From a bacterium (GTDB lineage: Bacteria > SM23-31): 64,000 nt of DNA. Shown piece after piece: positions 29,135 through 39,664 of this stretch; the first letter of the stretch is position 1, and every line of letters starts with the position of its first letter. The DNA is taken from NCBI GenBank assembly GCA_965249485.1, contig OZ252239.1, forward strand, positions 2,976,001 to 3,040,000, written 5' to 3'. The translations under genes were made by a program, and so were the position numbers. A model generated the notes under the pieces. It searched no databases, was not told where the DNA came from, and worked only from the letters and a program-made list of their open reading frames with translations.

Positions 29135-29242
29135 ATATGTGTATAAAGGTATCAAATTTTCGGACAATATCAAGCTGTTTTTAGAGAGTTTCTATGGCTG
29201 TACGACAAAAAATGAAATGTTGCGCCTGATAGATAATCAATT

Positions 29243-31345
29243 CTATTCAACCGTAAAATTCCATGACTGTTCCGAACTGTTTCCCATTCTGTCTGCTACG
29301 CGAAACAGTACAGTATGAGAGCCTGAGCCAAGTGGTTCTCTGGGCAGAAAAAATATTTTATTAAAAATCGGGTCCCATTCTGCATTCACTTTATCACTGT
29401 CAACATACATTTCTAAATCATCTTCACTCTGCACTCCAGAAAGCTCATCATCAAACCAGGCGGCAATTTCCGGTCTTGTGGACGTAGTGGACGATTCATT
29501 ACGGGGGCGAATTCGCCAAATATTGGGAGGAAGTGTATCGAGGATGACGGCTACTGTCTCAAGACTGCTGAGATTGGTGCTTAATGTTCCGTCAATATGA
29601 TTCCGGTCACGGCCGATATAGTGCCATCTACCAACCCTACTTTGTGCATAGAGAGCGAGTTTGTCTTTACGAAACGGCGTACCCGAAACATTAATATCAA
29701 TTCTTGCACTTGATTTGAGGAATAGCTCTTTTGGTTCCAGGTGTATAATGCTGCCCGCAACTGGATACTGATCTTGTATAACGGTGCCGTCTTCACGGGA
29801 TGCCCTGAGCCAGATATCATTGTATAAACCATTTTCCGGAAATGTTATTGATCCGATAGAATCATCAAAATCGTGCGTTCCGCCATTCCGGGGAATTTTC
29901 ACCAAATGTAGCGGAATTTCTCCATGAAACTGATGGCTTGATGATTCTCCCTGGATATTGAGACTTTCACCAAAATCAACTTCAGACAGGGGAATCATAG
30001 CAACAAATTTTCTCTTTGAAAACGGTTTGACCGGAAGCTCGATACTGGTTCCTTCGTTCTTTCTAAGATTCACCTTTGGAGGCCTCAACTGGTCCCTGTT
30101 TGCAGTCAGCACTATTCGAAGAAAATCATCCTGATAATCCTCATAGATTGAAAACTGACGTACCGGTTTCAATGGTTTTTGATCATTGGATAATACAGGT
30201 GCTGTTTCATTAGCACTAATCGCATCTGTTTTGCCTGCAGGAAACGAAACGTCAGGAGCATAATCTTCAAGTTCTAACTCCCCACGAACATTAGTTAAGT
30301 TGCCCGAATAGTCTGCTATTGTTATTTCAAACGGAACAGTTTCGCTCTGAAACGTATGTAAATCAATGATACCATCTCCAGCCGTATAATTCCCGTAAAA
30401 TGAGAGTGAGTTTTCTATATCCTTATAGAGTTTCTGAAATCTCCCTTTATTTCTCCGCATTAAGCGATAATCTCTGTCGAGATTAATTAACCGATTTTGA
30501 TTAAAACTGAATTGGTCGTACCGGGCCTTATACACTTCAACACCATTCACTGACAGTATAAGACTGTATATACCGTAATTGTTATCGTATGTACCATTGC
30601 GGTCATACACATCGACCGCAATACCGACTTCACCCATTACCCTAATCGGTTTTTCAATTATATAAGCATCGTTCCGGAAATTATTCAACCGGACAATATG
30701 CGGCTGCCAGTCACCTTCAACAGTCGAGTACATGTTCATTGGTCTCAGACTTATTTTTGTCGGTCGGGGAGGCATGTTGTCATCGTCTAGTAGTCCTTCT
30801 TGTATCGGGTTCAGCGGTACATTATTCCGGTCACGTAATTCGAAATGCAAATGTTGCAAACGGGTTCCACTCCGTCCTGTTGTACCAAGCACGTCGCCTT
30901 TTGAAACCGGAACGGCTCCGGGTGAATACCATAAATCGATAGTATATTTACCCGCTTTTCTCTGCTCCTCTTCGGCAAGAACTTGTATATTTTTCTCGAA
31001 TTCACGAAGGTGACCATATACAGCAATATTACCATTCTTGAGCCGAAGATAAATGGCACGACCGTAACCATTTGGTGCAATCCGTAATCTATAGAGCGAT
31101 CCGTCCTCCACCGCAATTACTTTATGTCCTTCCCGCCAAATTGTTTTAATGTCGATTCCTGCATGAAATCGGTCAGGTCTGTACTCGCCAAATGCCGAAG
31201 TTATATATCGCCCATTTTCCTTTACATCCTGAATCGGCCAGACATAGTCCATGAGTGTTTGAGAACAAACATCATAAGGCATGAAACTCATTAAGACAGT
31301 GACAATTGTATAATTTGCGATTCGAATCATTAACAATTCATTCAC
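29243..31345 (-). CDS. M23 family metallopeptidase with C-terminal Ig-like domains
   Basis: FGEYRPDRFHAGIDIK (HxxxD), YGHL, HLHFELR. Confidence 0.88.
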   Translation of the reverse strand: MNELLMIRIANYTIVTVLMSFMPYDVCSQTLMDYVWPIQDVKENGRYITSAFGEYRPDRFHAGIDIKTIWREGHKVIAVEDGSLYRLRIAPNGYGRAIYLRLKNGNIAVYGHLREFEKNIQVLAEEEQRKAGKYTIDLWYSPGAVPVSKGDVLGTTGRSGTRLQHLHFELRDRNNVPLNPIQEGLLDDDNMPPRPTKISLRPMNMYSTVEGDWQPHIVRLNNFRNDAYIIEKPIRVMGEVGIAVDVYDRNGTYDNNYGIYSLILSVNGVEVYKARYDQFSFNQNRLINLDRDYRLMRRNKGRFQKLYKDIENSLSFYGNYTAGDGIIDLHTFQSETVPFEITIADYSGNLTNVRGELELEDYAPDVSFPAGKTDAISANETAPVLSNDQKPLKPVRQFSIYEDYQDDFLRIVLTANRDQLRPPKVNLRKNEGTSIELPVKPFSKRKFVAMIPLSEVDFGESLNIQGESSSHQFHGEIPLHLVKIPRNGGTHDFDDSIGSITFPENGLYNDIWLRASREDGTVIQDQYPVAGSIIHLEPKELFLKSSARIDINVSGTPFRKDKLALYAQSRVGRWHYIGRDRNHIDGTLSTNLSSLETVAVILDTLPPNIWRIRPRNESSTTSTRPEIAAWFDDELSGVQSEDDLEMYVDSDKVNAEWDPIFNKIFFLPREPLGSGSHTVLFRVADRMGNSSEQSWNFTVE

Positions 31346-32061
31346 TCCTGTATTGTATTCCGGGAAAAGATTGCATCCACTAATTCGTCGCTGTTTTCAA
31401 ATCCCGTAAATACATAATCTGGATTCATGGTTTGCAGCTCCTGCTCGTTTTTTAAATGCTGTGATATTCCTATCGTCTTTGCACCCACAATTTTTCCACA
31501 TTTTATATCCTCAATTGTGTCACCGATCACTACTACGTTGTGAGGCAAATATTCTACATCATAATATTCTTCTGCACGTTGGACTGCTATTTCAGTAAGT
31601 TCGGTCCGTAAATATCCGTCATTACCATAAGCACCAACAGGAAATGCCTCATTGAGCTCAAATGGACCCAACTTAATTCGTGCTCCTGTTTCAATATTCC
31701 CGGTCAAAAGTCCAAGATGGCAATATGGAGTTGCTTGTAGTCTCTTGATGAGTGCGGCAACACCTGGATAAAGCCGCGCATCATTTTTCGCATTATAGTA
31801 GAGGTTCAAATAGGTGATATATCGATCAAGAATATCATCACGTACACTGCTAATATCAGCTTCTGAGAAACCTTCTTTTTGTAACAAATCAGTTACTATG
31901 AGTATATCTGTTTTACCTGCAAAAAAACCTGGTTCGAATGAGATATTTTTCTTTAATGTATCCTGGAATGATTGTGACATAGAACGGCGGGCTCCTGCAC
32001 TGGGATGAAGCAGAGTTCCATCTATATCAAACAATACCAAAATATTGACATACTCATTCAC
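31342..32061 (-). CDS. HAD-superfamily hydrolase (phosphoglycolate phosphatase-like)
   Basis: LFDIDGTL, LLTGN, VIGDTIEDIKCG. Confidence 0.88.
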   Translation of the reverse strand: MNEYVNILVLFDIDGTLLHPSAGARRSMSQSFQDTLKKNISFEPGFFAGKTDILIVTDLLQKEGFSEADISSVRDDILDRYITYLNLYYNAKNDARLYPGVAALIKRLQATPYCHLGLLTGNIETGARIKLGPFELNEAFPVGAYGNDGYLRTELTEIAVQRAEEYYDVEYLPHNVVVIGDTIEDIKCGKIVGAKTIGISQHLKNEQELQTMNPDYVFTGFENSDELVDAIFSRNTIQE

Positions 32062-32078
32062 AATTTAATTCCAGATCT

Positions 32079-33434
32079 TTAGAGGTCAAACTTACTCATA
32101 TTCTGAGAGATCACCATCCCCTGTTTTTCTAATTCCCGAGCGATACTTTTTGTGTTTCCAAGAATTGTTACTACCGCATCTGTATCAGAATAATATTTTT
32201 GAGCGGTCTGCAGAACATTATCCTGTGAAACATCAGAAACAGATTCAGAATATTTGTTGATTACACTTTTCGTCAAATTATAGAAATAGAGATTGGCAAT
32301 ATATTGTGCAAGACGCTTATTCGTTTCAAGCGAAAAGGGATATAATCCGATTAAATACTGTTTAATTCCAGATAGTTCTTTCATCGGGACTTTCGCCGAC
32401 TGGAGATTTCGAATTTCATTAAATATAACATCGACCGCTTCAACTACAGACCCGGTTTTCGTAAATGTGGCGATTACAATAGAGCCGGGATCTTTCAAAA
32501 ATGAAGCGTTGCTTCTGATTCCATAGGTCAAACCCCGCTTTACCCGTACTTCGGTCATCAACCTTGAGGTAAAACTCCCCCCAAATAGCGTGTTCGTCAC
32601 AATAAGCCGGTAAAATGCCGGATCATTACGTGCAATTCCGACCGTGCCAATTCTAATATGTGCCTGTGTCTGATCAGCTTTGTCAATCAGATAAAATTTC
32701 AAACCTGATATTTTAGCTTTGTATGAGACACGTTTTTCTACTTTATCGGAATGATTTAACCGTGAAAATACTTTTCTGGCATGTGAAAGAATTTTCTCAC
32801 CCGAAATATCTCCTACAATTGTCAATAATACGGGTGCTTTGGCAATTTTTTTGGTATATGCCTCTGAGACATTCTGTTTTGTGATAGAGCGAATTGATGC
32901 CGGATAACCAACTACCGGTATGCCATACGGATGATCTTCAAAAAGGTTGCTTCTGTGTAGCAATGAACATAATTGACCCGGCTCATCCATCAAAGCGGTA
33001 ATTGTGCTGAGAGTTTTTTCCTTGAGCAGTGTAATCTCTTTACTCGCCAAACGGGGATCAAGAACCATTGCGGCCATCATTTCAAGTCCGAGTTCAGCAT
33101 GTTTGGATAGAAATTCTCCTGATATTGTTGTTGATTCGTACCCCGCATATACTGAAATTGATGCACCACGCTCCTCAATAGCAAAAGAGAATTTCTCAGC
33201 GGAGTAGTCCCCTGCACCTTTTTGGAGTGCTTGTGCTGTAATTCTAGCAAGTCCTTCCTTACCGGAAGGATCTTGCGTTGCACCTCCACTAATTATCAGC
33301 TCTATTGAAACAGATGGAAGCATTTTCCGCTCAACAACAAGAGCACGCACTTGCTCGGTAAGTTGAACATCGGTAAATCTATCAAGAGATACTACTTGAT
33401 TATTATCTGTTTTCTTCATTTTTAAATTCTGCAT
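32079..33434 (-). CDS. M16B peptidase, non-catalytic subunit
   Basis: Pitrilysin-like; lacks HxxEH; FGGSFTSRL...EVRVKRGLTYG. Confidence 0.85.
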   Translation of the reverse strand: MQNLKMKKTDNNQVVSLDRFTDVQLTEQVRALVVERKMLPSVSIELIISGGATQDPSGKEGLARITAQALQKGAGDYSAEKFSFAIEERGASISVYAGYESTTISGEFLSKHAELGLEMMAAMVLDPRLASKEITLLKEKTLSTITALMDEPGQLCSLLHRSNLFEDHPYGIPVVGYPASIRSITKQNVSEAYTKKIAKAPVLLTIVGDISGEKILSHARKVFSRLNHSDKVEKRVSYKAKISGLKFYLIDKADQTQAHIRIGTVGIARNDPAFYRLIVTNTLFGGSFTSRLMTEVRVKRGLTYGIRSNASFLKDPGSIVIATFTKTGSVVEAVDVIFNEIRNLQSAKVPMKELSGIKQYLIGLYPFSLETNKRLAQYIANLYFYNLTKSVINKYSESVSDVSQDNVLQTAQKYYSDTDAVVTILGNTKSIARELEKQGMVISQNMSKFDL

Positions 33435-33475
33435 TATTCCGCTGCATTTTATGAACTGTAGGATACTTCACATTT

Positions 33476-34783
33476 TTATTTTATATCCAATTGCACTATA
33501 GTCTTATTTTCAGGCCTGAAATAGGTATTTGCGACACGTTTGATATCATCTTTAGTCACATTTTTATATTCCAGTACAGGTTCTGTTATCTTGTTGAAAT
33601 CTCCAAACAATATTTCTGTCAGTCCTATCCTGTGGGCACGGCCGTTATTGGTCTGAAAACTCGATATAAAATCCGATTCAAGTACATTTTTTGCTCGTTC
33701 AAGATCAGCCTTCCTGATCGATTGATTGCGTATTGCTTTGAGCTCTTTTTCAAGCTGGATTTCACCAGTACGTGATGTTTTACCCGGTTTCATTTGGAAA
33801 TAGAACTCAAAAAGACCTGGATTGATATGCCATGTATAATCACAATGCAGATAGAGAACAATTTCCTGTTTTCGGACTAACGAGCGGTAGAGAATCGAGC
33901 TTTCTCCATCTGCCAAAATTGTCTGCAATACGTCCAACACAAAAACGTCTTTATGGCTGAATTCGGGCACATGGTATCCTATTATAAAATTATGTAACTC
34001 GGCTTTTTTCCTGTAATGCAGTCGCCGTTCACCATTTTGTGCTGGCTCTGAAGTTGTTGGCACAGACGGGATTTTTCCCGATGGAATTGGGCCGTAATAT
34101 TTTTCTATTTGCTTTAATGCTTTGTCGGTGTTAAATGCTCCTGACAGGACTAGAACAGCATTATTCGGAGCATAAAAGTGTTTGTGGTAACGCTTGCAAT
34201 CACCGACGCTGATATTCTTAATATCGGCCATCCATCCGATTATTGGCCACCTGTAAGGATGGCAATGGAAACTTGCAGCATACAATTCTTCTTCAAGACG
34301 CCCATAGACCGAATTATCTGTTCGTAAACGGCGCTCTTCCTTAACCACTTCACGTTCGGATTCAAGCGTTTTGGATGTAATGTTCAACCATCCCATTCTA
34401 TCGGAATCAAGCTCAATCACTTTCTCCAGAAGCGCAGGAGTAAAATCTTCGTAATAAACAGTTAAATCTCTCGAAGTATATGCATTGGACCGACCACCTC
34501 CTGACTCCAAGATTTTGTCAAACTTGTGCGGACCAAAATTTCGAGACCCGTTGAACATCATATGCTCAAAAAGGTGTGAAATTCCTGTAATACCTGGTCG
34601 TTCATTTCGTGATCCAACTTTATACAAAGTATACATGCTTACGACTGGAATGTCGTAATTTTCCATTGTTAGTACCGTCAGGCCATTTGAAAGTACATGG
34701 CGTCTGACCTGAAATCGATTTAATAATGATTTAATCGCCGCCTGAGGAGAAGATATATTACTGTATCCCTTCACAAATTGCAT
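33476..34783 (-). CDS. M16B zinc peptidase, catalytic subunit
   Basis: GISHLFEHMMFNGS (HxxEH), NAYTS, EREVVKEERR, HPYRWPIIG. Confidence 0.92.
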   Translation of the reverse strand: MQFVKGYSNISSPQAAIKSLLNRFQVRRHVLSNGLTVLTMENYDIPVVSMYTLYKVGSRNERPGITGISHLFEHMMFNGSRNFGPHKFDKILESGGGRSNAYTSRDLTVYYEDFTPALLEKVIELDSDRMGWLNITSKTLESEREVVKEERRLRTDNSVYGRLEEELYAASFHCHPYRWPIIGWMADIKNISVGDCKRYHKHFYAPNNAVLVLSGAFNTDKALKQIEKYYGPIPSGKIPSVPTTSEPAQNGERRLHYRKKAELHNFIIGYHVPEFSHKDVFVLDVLQTILADGESSILYRSLVRKQEIVLYLHCDYTWHINPGLFEFYFQMKPGKTSRTGEIQLEKELKAIRNQSIRKADLERAKNVLESDFISSFQTNNGRAHRIGLTEILFGDFNKITEPVLEYKNVTKDDIKRVANTYFRPENKTIVQLDIK

Positions 34784-34921
34784 ATACCGCCTTTAATGCT
34801 GTCCATCCTGAGAGAATTTGGTTAAGAATTAATTATGGGGATAAAATATAAGGAGATTTTTTATTTGATTCAAGGCAATACTGCAAAGACTTTACACCAC
34901 CGCCACTCCTACAAAACAAAA

Positions 34922-37036
34922 CTATTTTCGTTCTATTTCAATTAAATCTGCCTGTTCCATTGCATTTATATAACCTTCCACCGATTCCAATGAAATATCT
35001 TCAGTATCAGGAGTTATCTCATATGCATATTTCCATTCATAATTGCTCGTAGTAACATTACCATATTCAGCCCGAACTGCATTGTATATATCGAGTATGC
35101 TCTTCTCGCCATCGATGAAATTCGGTATTTCAAACTTAGCCAGTAAAGAGAGCTTGACACTCTCGGTTGAAAGAAACTGATTTACTGCACCGCTGCTAAT
35201 CCTATATTCTTCGGAATAGTATGGATATTTATAGCTTGGAATTAACCGGGCAAGCTTCTTTTCTTCATCGGTCAATGATATTTTACGTGGTTGTTCATCC
35301 AATTCTATACATTGTTCTCTGTATATGTAGTGTAATCGGGCAATGTGATTATCCCGGGTTTTATCCAGACCACTTACAAGTGCCTCAACCCGATTTTGAA
35401 CAAATTCATTCTGAGAAAGATCGAATACCGAGCGAACGGAAGCAATCGCTCTTTTAGCAGCCCAGTTTACTTTATTCCGCGCTGATTTATACTGCTCATG
35501 TATTCGTCCATTCTCTAATAGCCGAATACTTTGCCGTGTTACTTCTGCAATCCATTTATCTCCATTCGCAGCACTCTCCCAGGCAAGGTCTTTTGCTTCT
35601 TCTGCCCCAGCTTGAGCAAGATAATAGACCGCTGATGCCCCCATGAATCCAACTCGCTTTAATTCCGTCGGATCGGTAATGCGGGAGCGGTCATCACTTG
35701 TATGATAAAAATTGTCATTCCAATGTCCAAACTGGATCGATGGTATCCCAGCGTACAAAAATTGAATATGATCACTTCCCGAAATAAAAGGGACAACTCT
35801 ATAGTTAAACGGACTGTTATTACCCCATTGTGTCGTTATGTTTGTCTGATCAGTAATCCTGAGAAGGTCGCGAATAAGATCATTGAGATAACTCGGCCGT
35901 GCATCGGGAGTCAGTTTCATGCGGAGATATGAATCAGTCAGTTCCAAATCGGGTCCGGCCATATCGAAATTGATGGCTGCAAGTAGCTCATTCTGTAGAT
36001 TTGGATACTTATACATAAATGCTCTTGTGCCGGCGTGTTCCGGTATCCAAAGGAATCGGATTGTCCGTTTCGGCTGATCGAGAACACCCTGATCAATCAA
36101 AGTTGCCAGTGTTCGGCTTATTTCTAGTGTTGCACCAACACCCGAAGTGTTGTCATGGGCACCGGGAGTTCCGATTCGCTCAAAAGCATGTGCCGAAATA
36201 AGAAACTCTCCTTCTACTTCGCCAGTACCGGGAATTGTCGCAGAAATAACATTCATATTGTAAGGGTATATGGTAGTGCTGACCTGTGCCCGCATTACAA
36301 CTTTTTGTCCTCTATCAAAATAATCCCTGATCTCTTCATATTGCCGCTTCGACAATACGAATCCGAATCCTCCGCCATCTTCAAGAGGACTGACTCTCTG
36401 CCACCCAATTTGATCGAGGCTGTAACCCGGTGCATCGATACCGACTCCCCAACTTCCCGTTCCAAGTACACCAGCTGCCCCCCTGTGCACAACAGCCGAT
36501 TGAAACAATCGGTCAACAGAAGCATTGCCGAATATAATTTTACCTTCAACATCTTTACCTTCATAGTCAGCTGCGTTTCCTGAACCGATATCAATAACTT
36601 CTGATTCTATATTGGAAGATTTGCTGCCTTCTGCAAGTGAAGCCGGTATTTGGTTCAGACTTGCTATTTTCTTTCTGACAGGTTGGACCAGCCAAAGCTC
36701 AGCATTTTCTGCGTCCCAGATTGTACCGGAAGGGAACATATCGACCTGCACGTTGGAGAGACCATACTGTTCAGCATGCTCCACTAAATAATCTGTTTCA
36801 AGAAAAGTATCGAGATACTCTTCCGCCTGTCGGTTTCTGTTGACCGACAGGAATTCCACATGCCTTTGTGCCAGTTCACCGGAATATTCCTGTAGAATCG
36901 CATTCCTCACTTCAGCCGGAACCAGACTCCGGTCAGGAGCAAAAGCATAGAAAAGAATAGAAATAATGACTGTGCTAAAAAATACCATTAATACAGAATA
37001 TCTGATAAAATAATTGCTTCCAAATACCATTTTCAT
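34922..37036 (-). CDS. M28 family metallopeptidase with PA domain
   Basis: SAH, GAHDNTSG, PEH, NFDMAG, SDH, YHTSDD motifs; N-terminal signal/anchor. Confidence 0.85.
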   Translation of the reverse strand: MKMVFGSNYFIRYSVLMVFFSTVIISILFYAFAPDRSLVPAEVRNAILQEYSGELAQRHVEFLSVNRNRQAEEYLDTFLETDYLVEHAEQYGLSNVQVDMFPSGTIWDAENAELWLVQPVRKKIASLNQIPASLAEGSKSSNIESEVIDIGSGNAADYEGKDVEGKIIFGNASVDRLFQSAVVHRGAAGVLGTGSWGVGIDAPGYSLDQIGWQRVSPLEDGGGFGFVLSKRQYEEIRDYFDRGQKVVMRAQVSTTIYPYNMNVISATIPGTGEVEGEFLISAHAFERIGTPGAHDNTSGVGATLEISRTLATLIDQGVLDQPKRTIRFLWIPEHAGTRAFMYKYPNLQNELLAAINFDMAGPDLELTDSYLRMKLTPDARPSYLNDLIRDLLRITDQTNITTQWGNNSPFNYRVVPFISGSDHIQFLYAGIPSIQFGHWNDNFYHTSDDRSRITDPTELKRVGFMGASAVYYLAQAGAEEAKDLAWESAANGDKWIAEVTRQSIRLLENGRIHEQYKSARNKVNWAAKRAIASVRSVFDLSQNEFVQNRVEALVSGLDKTRDNHIARLHYIYREQCIELDEQPRKISLTDEEKKLARLIPSYKYPYYSEEYRISSGAVNQFLSTESVKLSLLAKFEIPNFIDGEKSILDIYNAVRAEYGNVTTSNYEWKYAYEITPDTEDISLESVEGYINAMEQADLIEIERK

Positions 37037-37067
37037 TTCTGACCCTTACATGATACTGTACACTGAA

Positions 37068-38165
37068 CTATAATCTCTTTTTCTCAAAATATTTTTGCAT
37101 TGAATCACGGAAATGAGGTGATCCCTGGACTGAATGACCTCGCTTCCACTTCACTAACTCTGCGACAATGCTCACTGCGATTTCTCCTGCTGATTGAGCA
37201 CCTATTTCAAGGCCCAGAGGAGCAAAAACGTGTTTGAGCTGCTCTGCACTTACCCCCCCCTCTACCAGATTGTCGTATGATTTCGTAATCTTTCGTCTAC
37301 TTCCGATCATTCCGATATATCCGGCATCCGTTTTAAGTGCCTGCTCTAGAACAGTTTCATCATAGGAATGTCCCCGCGTAACTATAACCAGAGCCGTTTT
37401 TGCATGTATCAGAAGTTGATTGAAAGATTCCCTGAAATCGGCACATATTGCATTTTCAGCAGATGGGAAACGTTTTTTGGAAACATATTTTAATCGGTCA
37501 TCAACAACATTAACAGAAAATCCTGCCTGATGAGCAATTTCTGCTACAAATTTTGACACATGCCCCCCTCCAAAAAGAACAATCGAATACATTCCTGAAA
37601 CAGGTTCCAATACTATTTCCGAATCATCTATTTGAAAGACAGCCGTATTCCCCGAACGTATAACTTCCTGAGCATGTGTAGTAAGATTTACATCCGCGTG
37701 CGTAAATTCCGCACCGACTACGGTATCTCCGTTATCTGCAATAAGAATTTTTTGAGGTTGACCAGTTCCTGAGGATAAAGTTCCGAGAACTGAATCTTTT
37801 CCCTCAATGCTCCGGTCAATCAGTGTCTTAAAAACAGGAAGCATTCCTATATGGAGCTGCTCAAGCATTATGTCTACTGTTCCGCCACATATCAGTCCCC
37901 CCTCAATATCATCTTCAGTCAGGTTATAACTGCACCGCTTGAGAACGCCTGATTTATATACTTCTTTTGATTCAGTAATAACCTGAGCTTCAACACACCC
38001 GCCGCCGATTGTTCCGACAATATTTGCTCCACCGTCAAGAATGACCATTTTTGATAGCGCGCTTGCAGGTGTCGAGCCCCGGGTCTTTATGATTGTTGCC
38101 AGTACACCAGTGCTCTCATTTTGAACGACAGAGCAAATTTTTCTATATATATTAACAAATGACAT
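37068..38165 (-). CDS. xdhC: XdhC/CoxI family molybdoenzyme accessory protein
   Basis: GSTP, GTIGGGCVE, ICGG, FGGGHVS, VTRGH, YIGMIGSRRK, PLGLEIGA...EIAVSI. Confidence 0.9.
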   Translation of the reverse strand: MSFVNIYRKICSVVQNESTGVLATIIKTRGSTPASALSKMVILDGGANIVGTIGGGCVEAQVITESKEVYKSGVLKRCSYNLTEDDIEGGLICGGTVDIMLEQLHIGMLPVFKTLIDRSIEGKDSVLGTLSSGTGQPQKILIADNGDTVVGAEFTHADVNLTTHAQEVIRSGNTAVFQIDDSEIVLEPVSGMYSIVLFGGGHVSKFVAEIAHQAGFSVNVVDDRLKYVSKKRFPSAENAICADFRESFNQLLIHAKTALVIVTRGHSYDETVLEQALKTDAGYIGMIGSRRKITKSYDNLVEGGVSAEQLKHVFAPLGLEIGAQSAGEIAVSIVAELVKWKRGHSVQGSPHFRDSMQKYFEKKRL

Positions 38166-38210
38166 GATATTTTACCACTTACAACTAAGTATGATTATAC
38201 ATAACTATAA

Positions 38211-39065
38211 TTATTCAATAACCTTAAACTCTGATGCTAATCTTTGTTTAATGGGCACAACTATATTTCTGTCCTTAACCTGTCCTGTCATGGAGAGCGC
38301 TTCTTCCCGGTGTCCGGTAATCAGCCTACCGATTTTATAGGCAAATGAATATTTACTGATACCTATTCCTTTACCCTCAAGATCGATAAATACGCCTTCA
38401 AAGATCGATGTCCCACTGAGTGAAATATCAGACTCACCCTGAAAGACCATGCATTCCTGATCCATGATTGTTTCGACACCAATAAATGAGTATTGTGTGA
38501 TAATATCAAGCGATAAGGTCATTTCTGACATCTCAATGGGCACATTACGAACCGATGTCCATGAACCGTTGAGCGGGACAGAATTGTCGGATAACTCAGG
38601 GAAAAAAAGCTGAGATATTGATTCCAAATTGTAATTCAGCTTCTCATTAAAGTCTTCTAAATTTGTAATTGTCGGGTCGACACCTCTATCACTTACAGAT
38701 ATAGTCATTGCTTTATTTTTGAGATTGTCAGTATTAAATGAAAACGGATAGTCACCCTGTATCGTAACAGCAGGATCGCGAAAGAGATATGATACTAATA
38801 TCCTGTTATCATTTATACCCTGAATCTGCTGTATTAACCGTGAAGTCAAACGTTGAGCAGTCTGAGATGTAGTACCTTGCACTTCACTCATTTGCAAACT
38901 TTCTACTGTTAACTCATACTCAACCGGCGTATCAAGTTCCAGCCGATATGACATAAAGATTCCATTTTCAGGTGTTCCAAACGATACTTGCCCTGAAGAA
39001 CAGTTGAAGAATGCAGTACTTACAATGGAGATAAGAGCACAACAACGTAGCATTTTGGAAATCAT
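38211..39065 (-). CDS. Hypothetical lipoprotein (beta-rich)
   Basis: Signal peptide ending FFN-C; alternating beta pattern. Confidence 0.6.
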   Translation of the reverse strand: MISKMLRCCALISIVSTAFFNCSSGQVSFGTPENGIFMSYRLELDTPVEYELTVESLQMSEVQGTTSQTAQRLTSRLIQQIQGINDNRILVSYLFRDPAVTIQGDYPFSFNTDNLKNKAMTISVSDRGVDPTITNLEDFNEKLNYNLESISQLFFPELSDNSVPLNGSWTSVRNVPIEMSEMTLSLDIITQYSFIGVETIMDQECMVFQGESDISLSGTSIFEGVFIDLEGKGIGISKYSFAYKIGRLITGHREEALSMTGQVKDRNIVVPIKQRLASEFKVIE

Positions 39066-39110
39066 AGAGATTGGAAGAGGTTAATAGTCAACAATTCTAG
39101 AAAAAATTAA

Positions 39111-39521
39111 TCAGGATGCATTACCATTTGAAAGGATATTCTTAATAAGAGCAATGAATTCTTCGATATCCCGGATTGGTTTTTGAACAAATTCGGTTAT
39201 CTGGGCATTTTTTTTGAGATACCCAATTTCTTCTTCGTCAGCATCAAGAGCAGTAAGAATTACTATGGGAATTTCATTATGAGTAATTTGCTTCTCTCTA
39301 TGCCGCAGTTCCTCAAGAATCGCAATCCCTCCGGTCCCGGGCATATTCAAATCGAGAATAATTAAATCGGGAGCCTTTTCAATGATATCATCGACGATTG
39401 ACTCACGCGAATACGTACCAGTTTGAAGAATAAATTCACAGTCAAAACCTTCAAGGATCAACTTCTTTGTAAGAAGTGAAATAACCGGTTGTGAATCCTC
39501 AATTATTAGAATAGTACTCAT
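39111..39521 (-). CDS. Stand-alone response regulator receiver protein
   Basis: ILIIED, PDLIILDLNMP, IVILTA, KP. Confidence 0.88.
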   Translation of the reverse strand: MSTILIIEDSQPVISLLTKKLILEGFDCEFILQTGTYSRESIVDDIIEKAPDLIILDLNMPGTGGIAILEELRHREKQITHNEIPIVILTALDADEEEIGYLKKNAQITEFVQKPIRDIEEFIALIKNILSNGNAS

Positions 39522-39664
39522 AATTTGTATTGTGAGATACGATAAATTATTTTATGGAAGAAAATAAAATAGAAAGCATGTCACTCAAATGCAATATAAA
39601 AAGAATATAGAGGGGATCAACAATTTAGATAATTATAAATACGGGAAGTGGCAAAACAATTTTA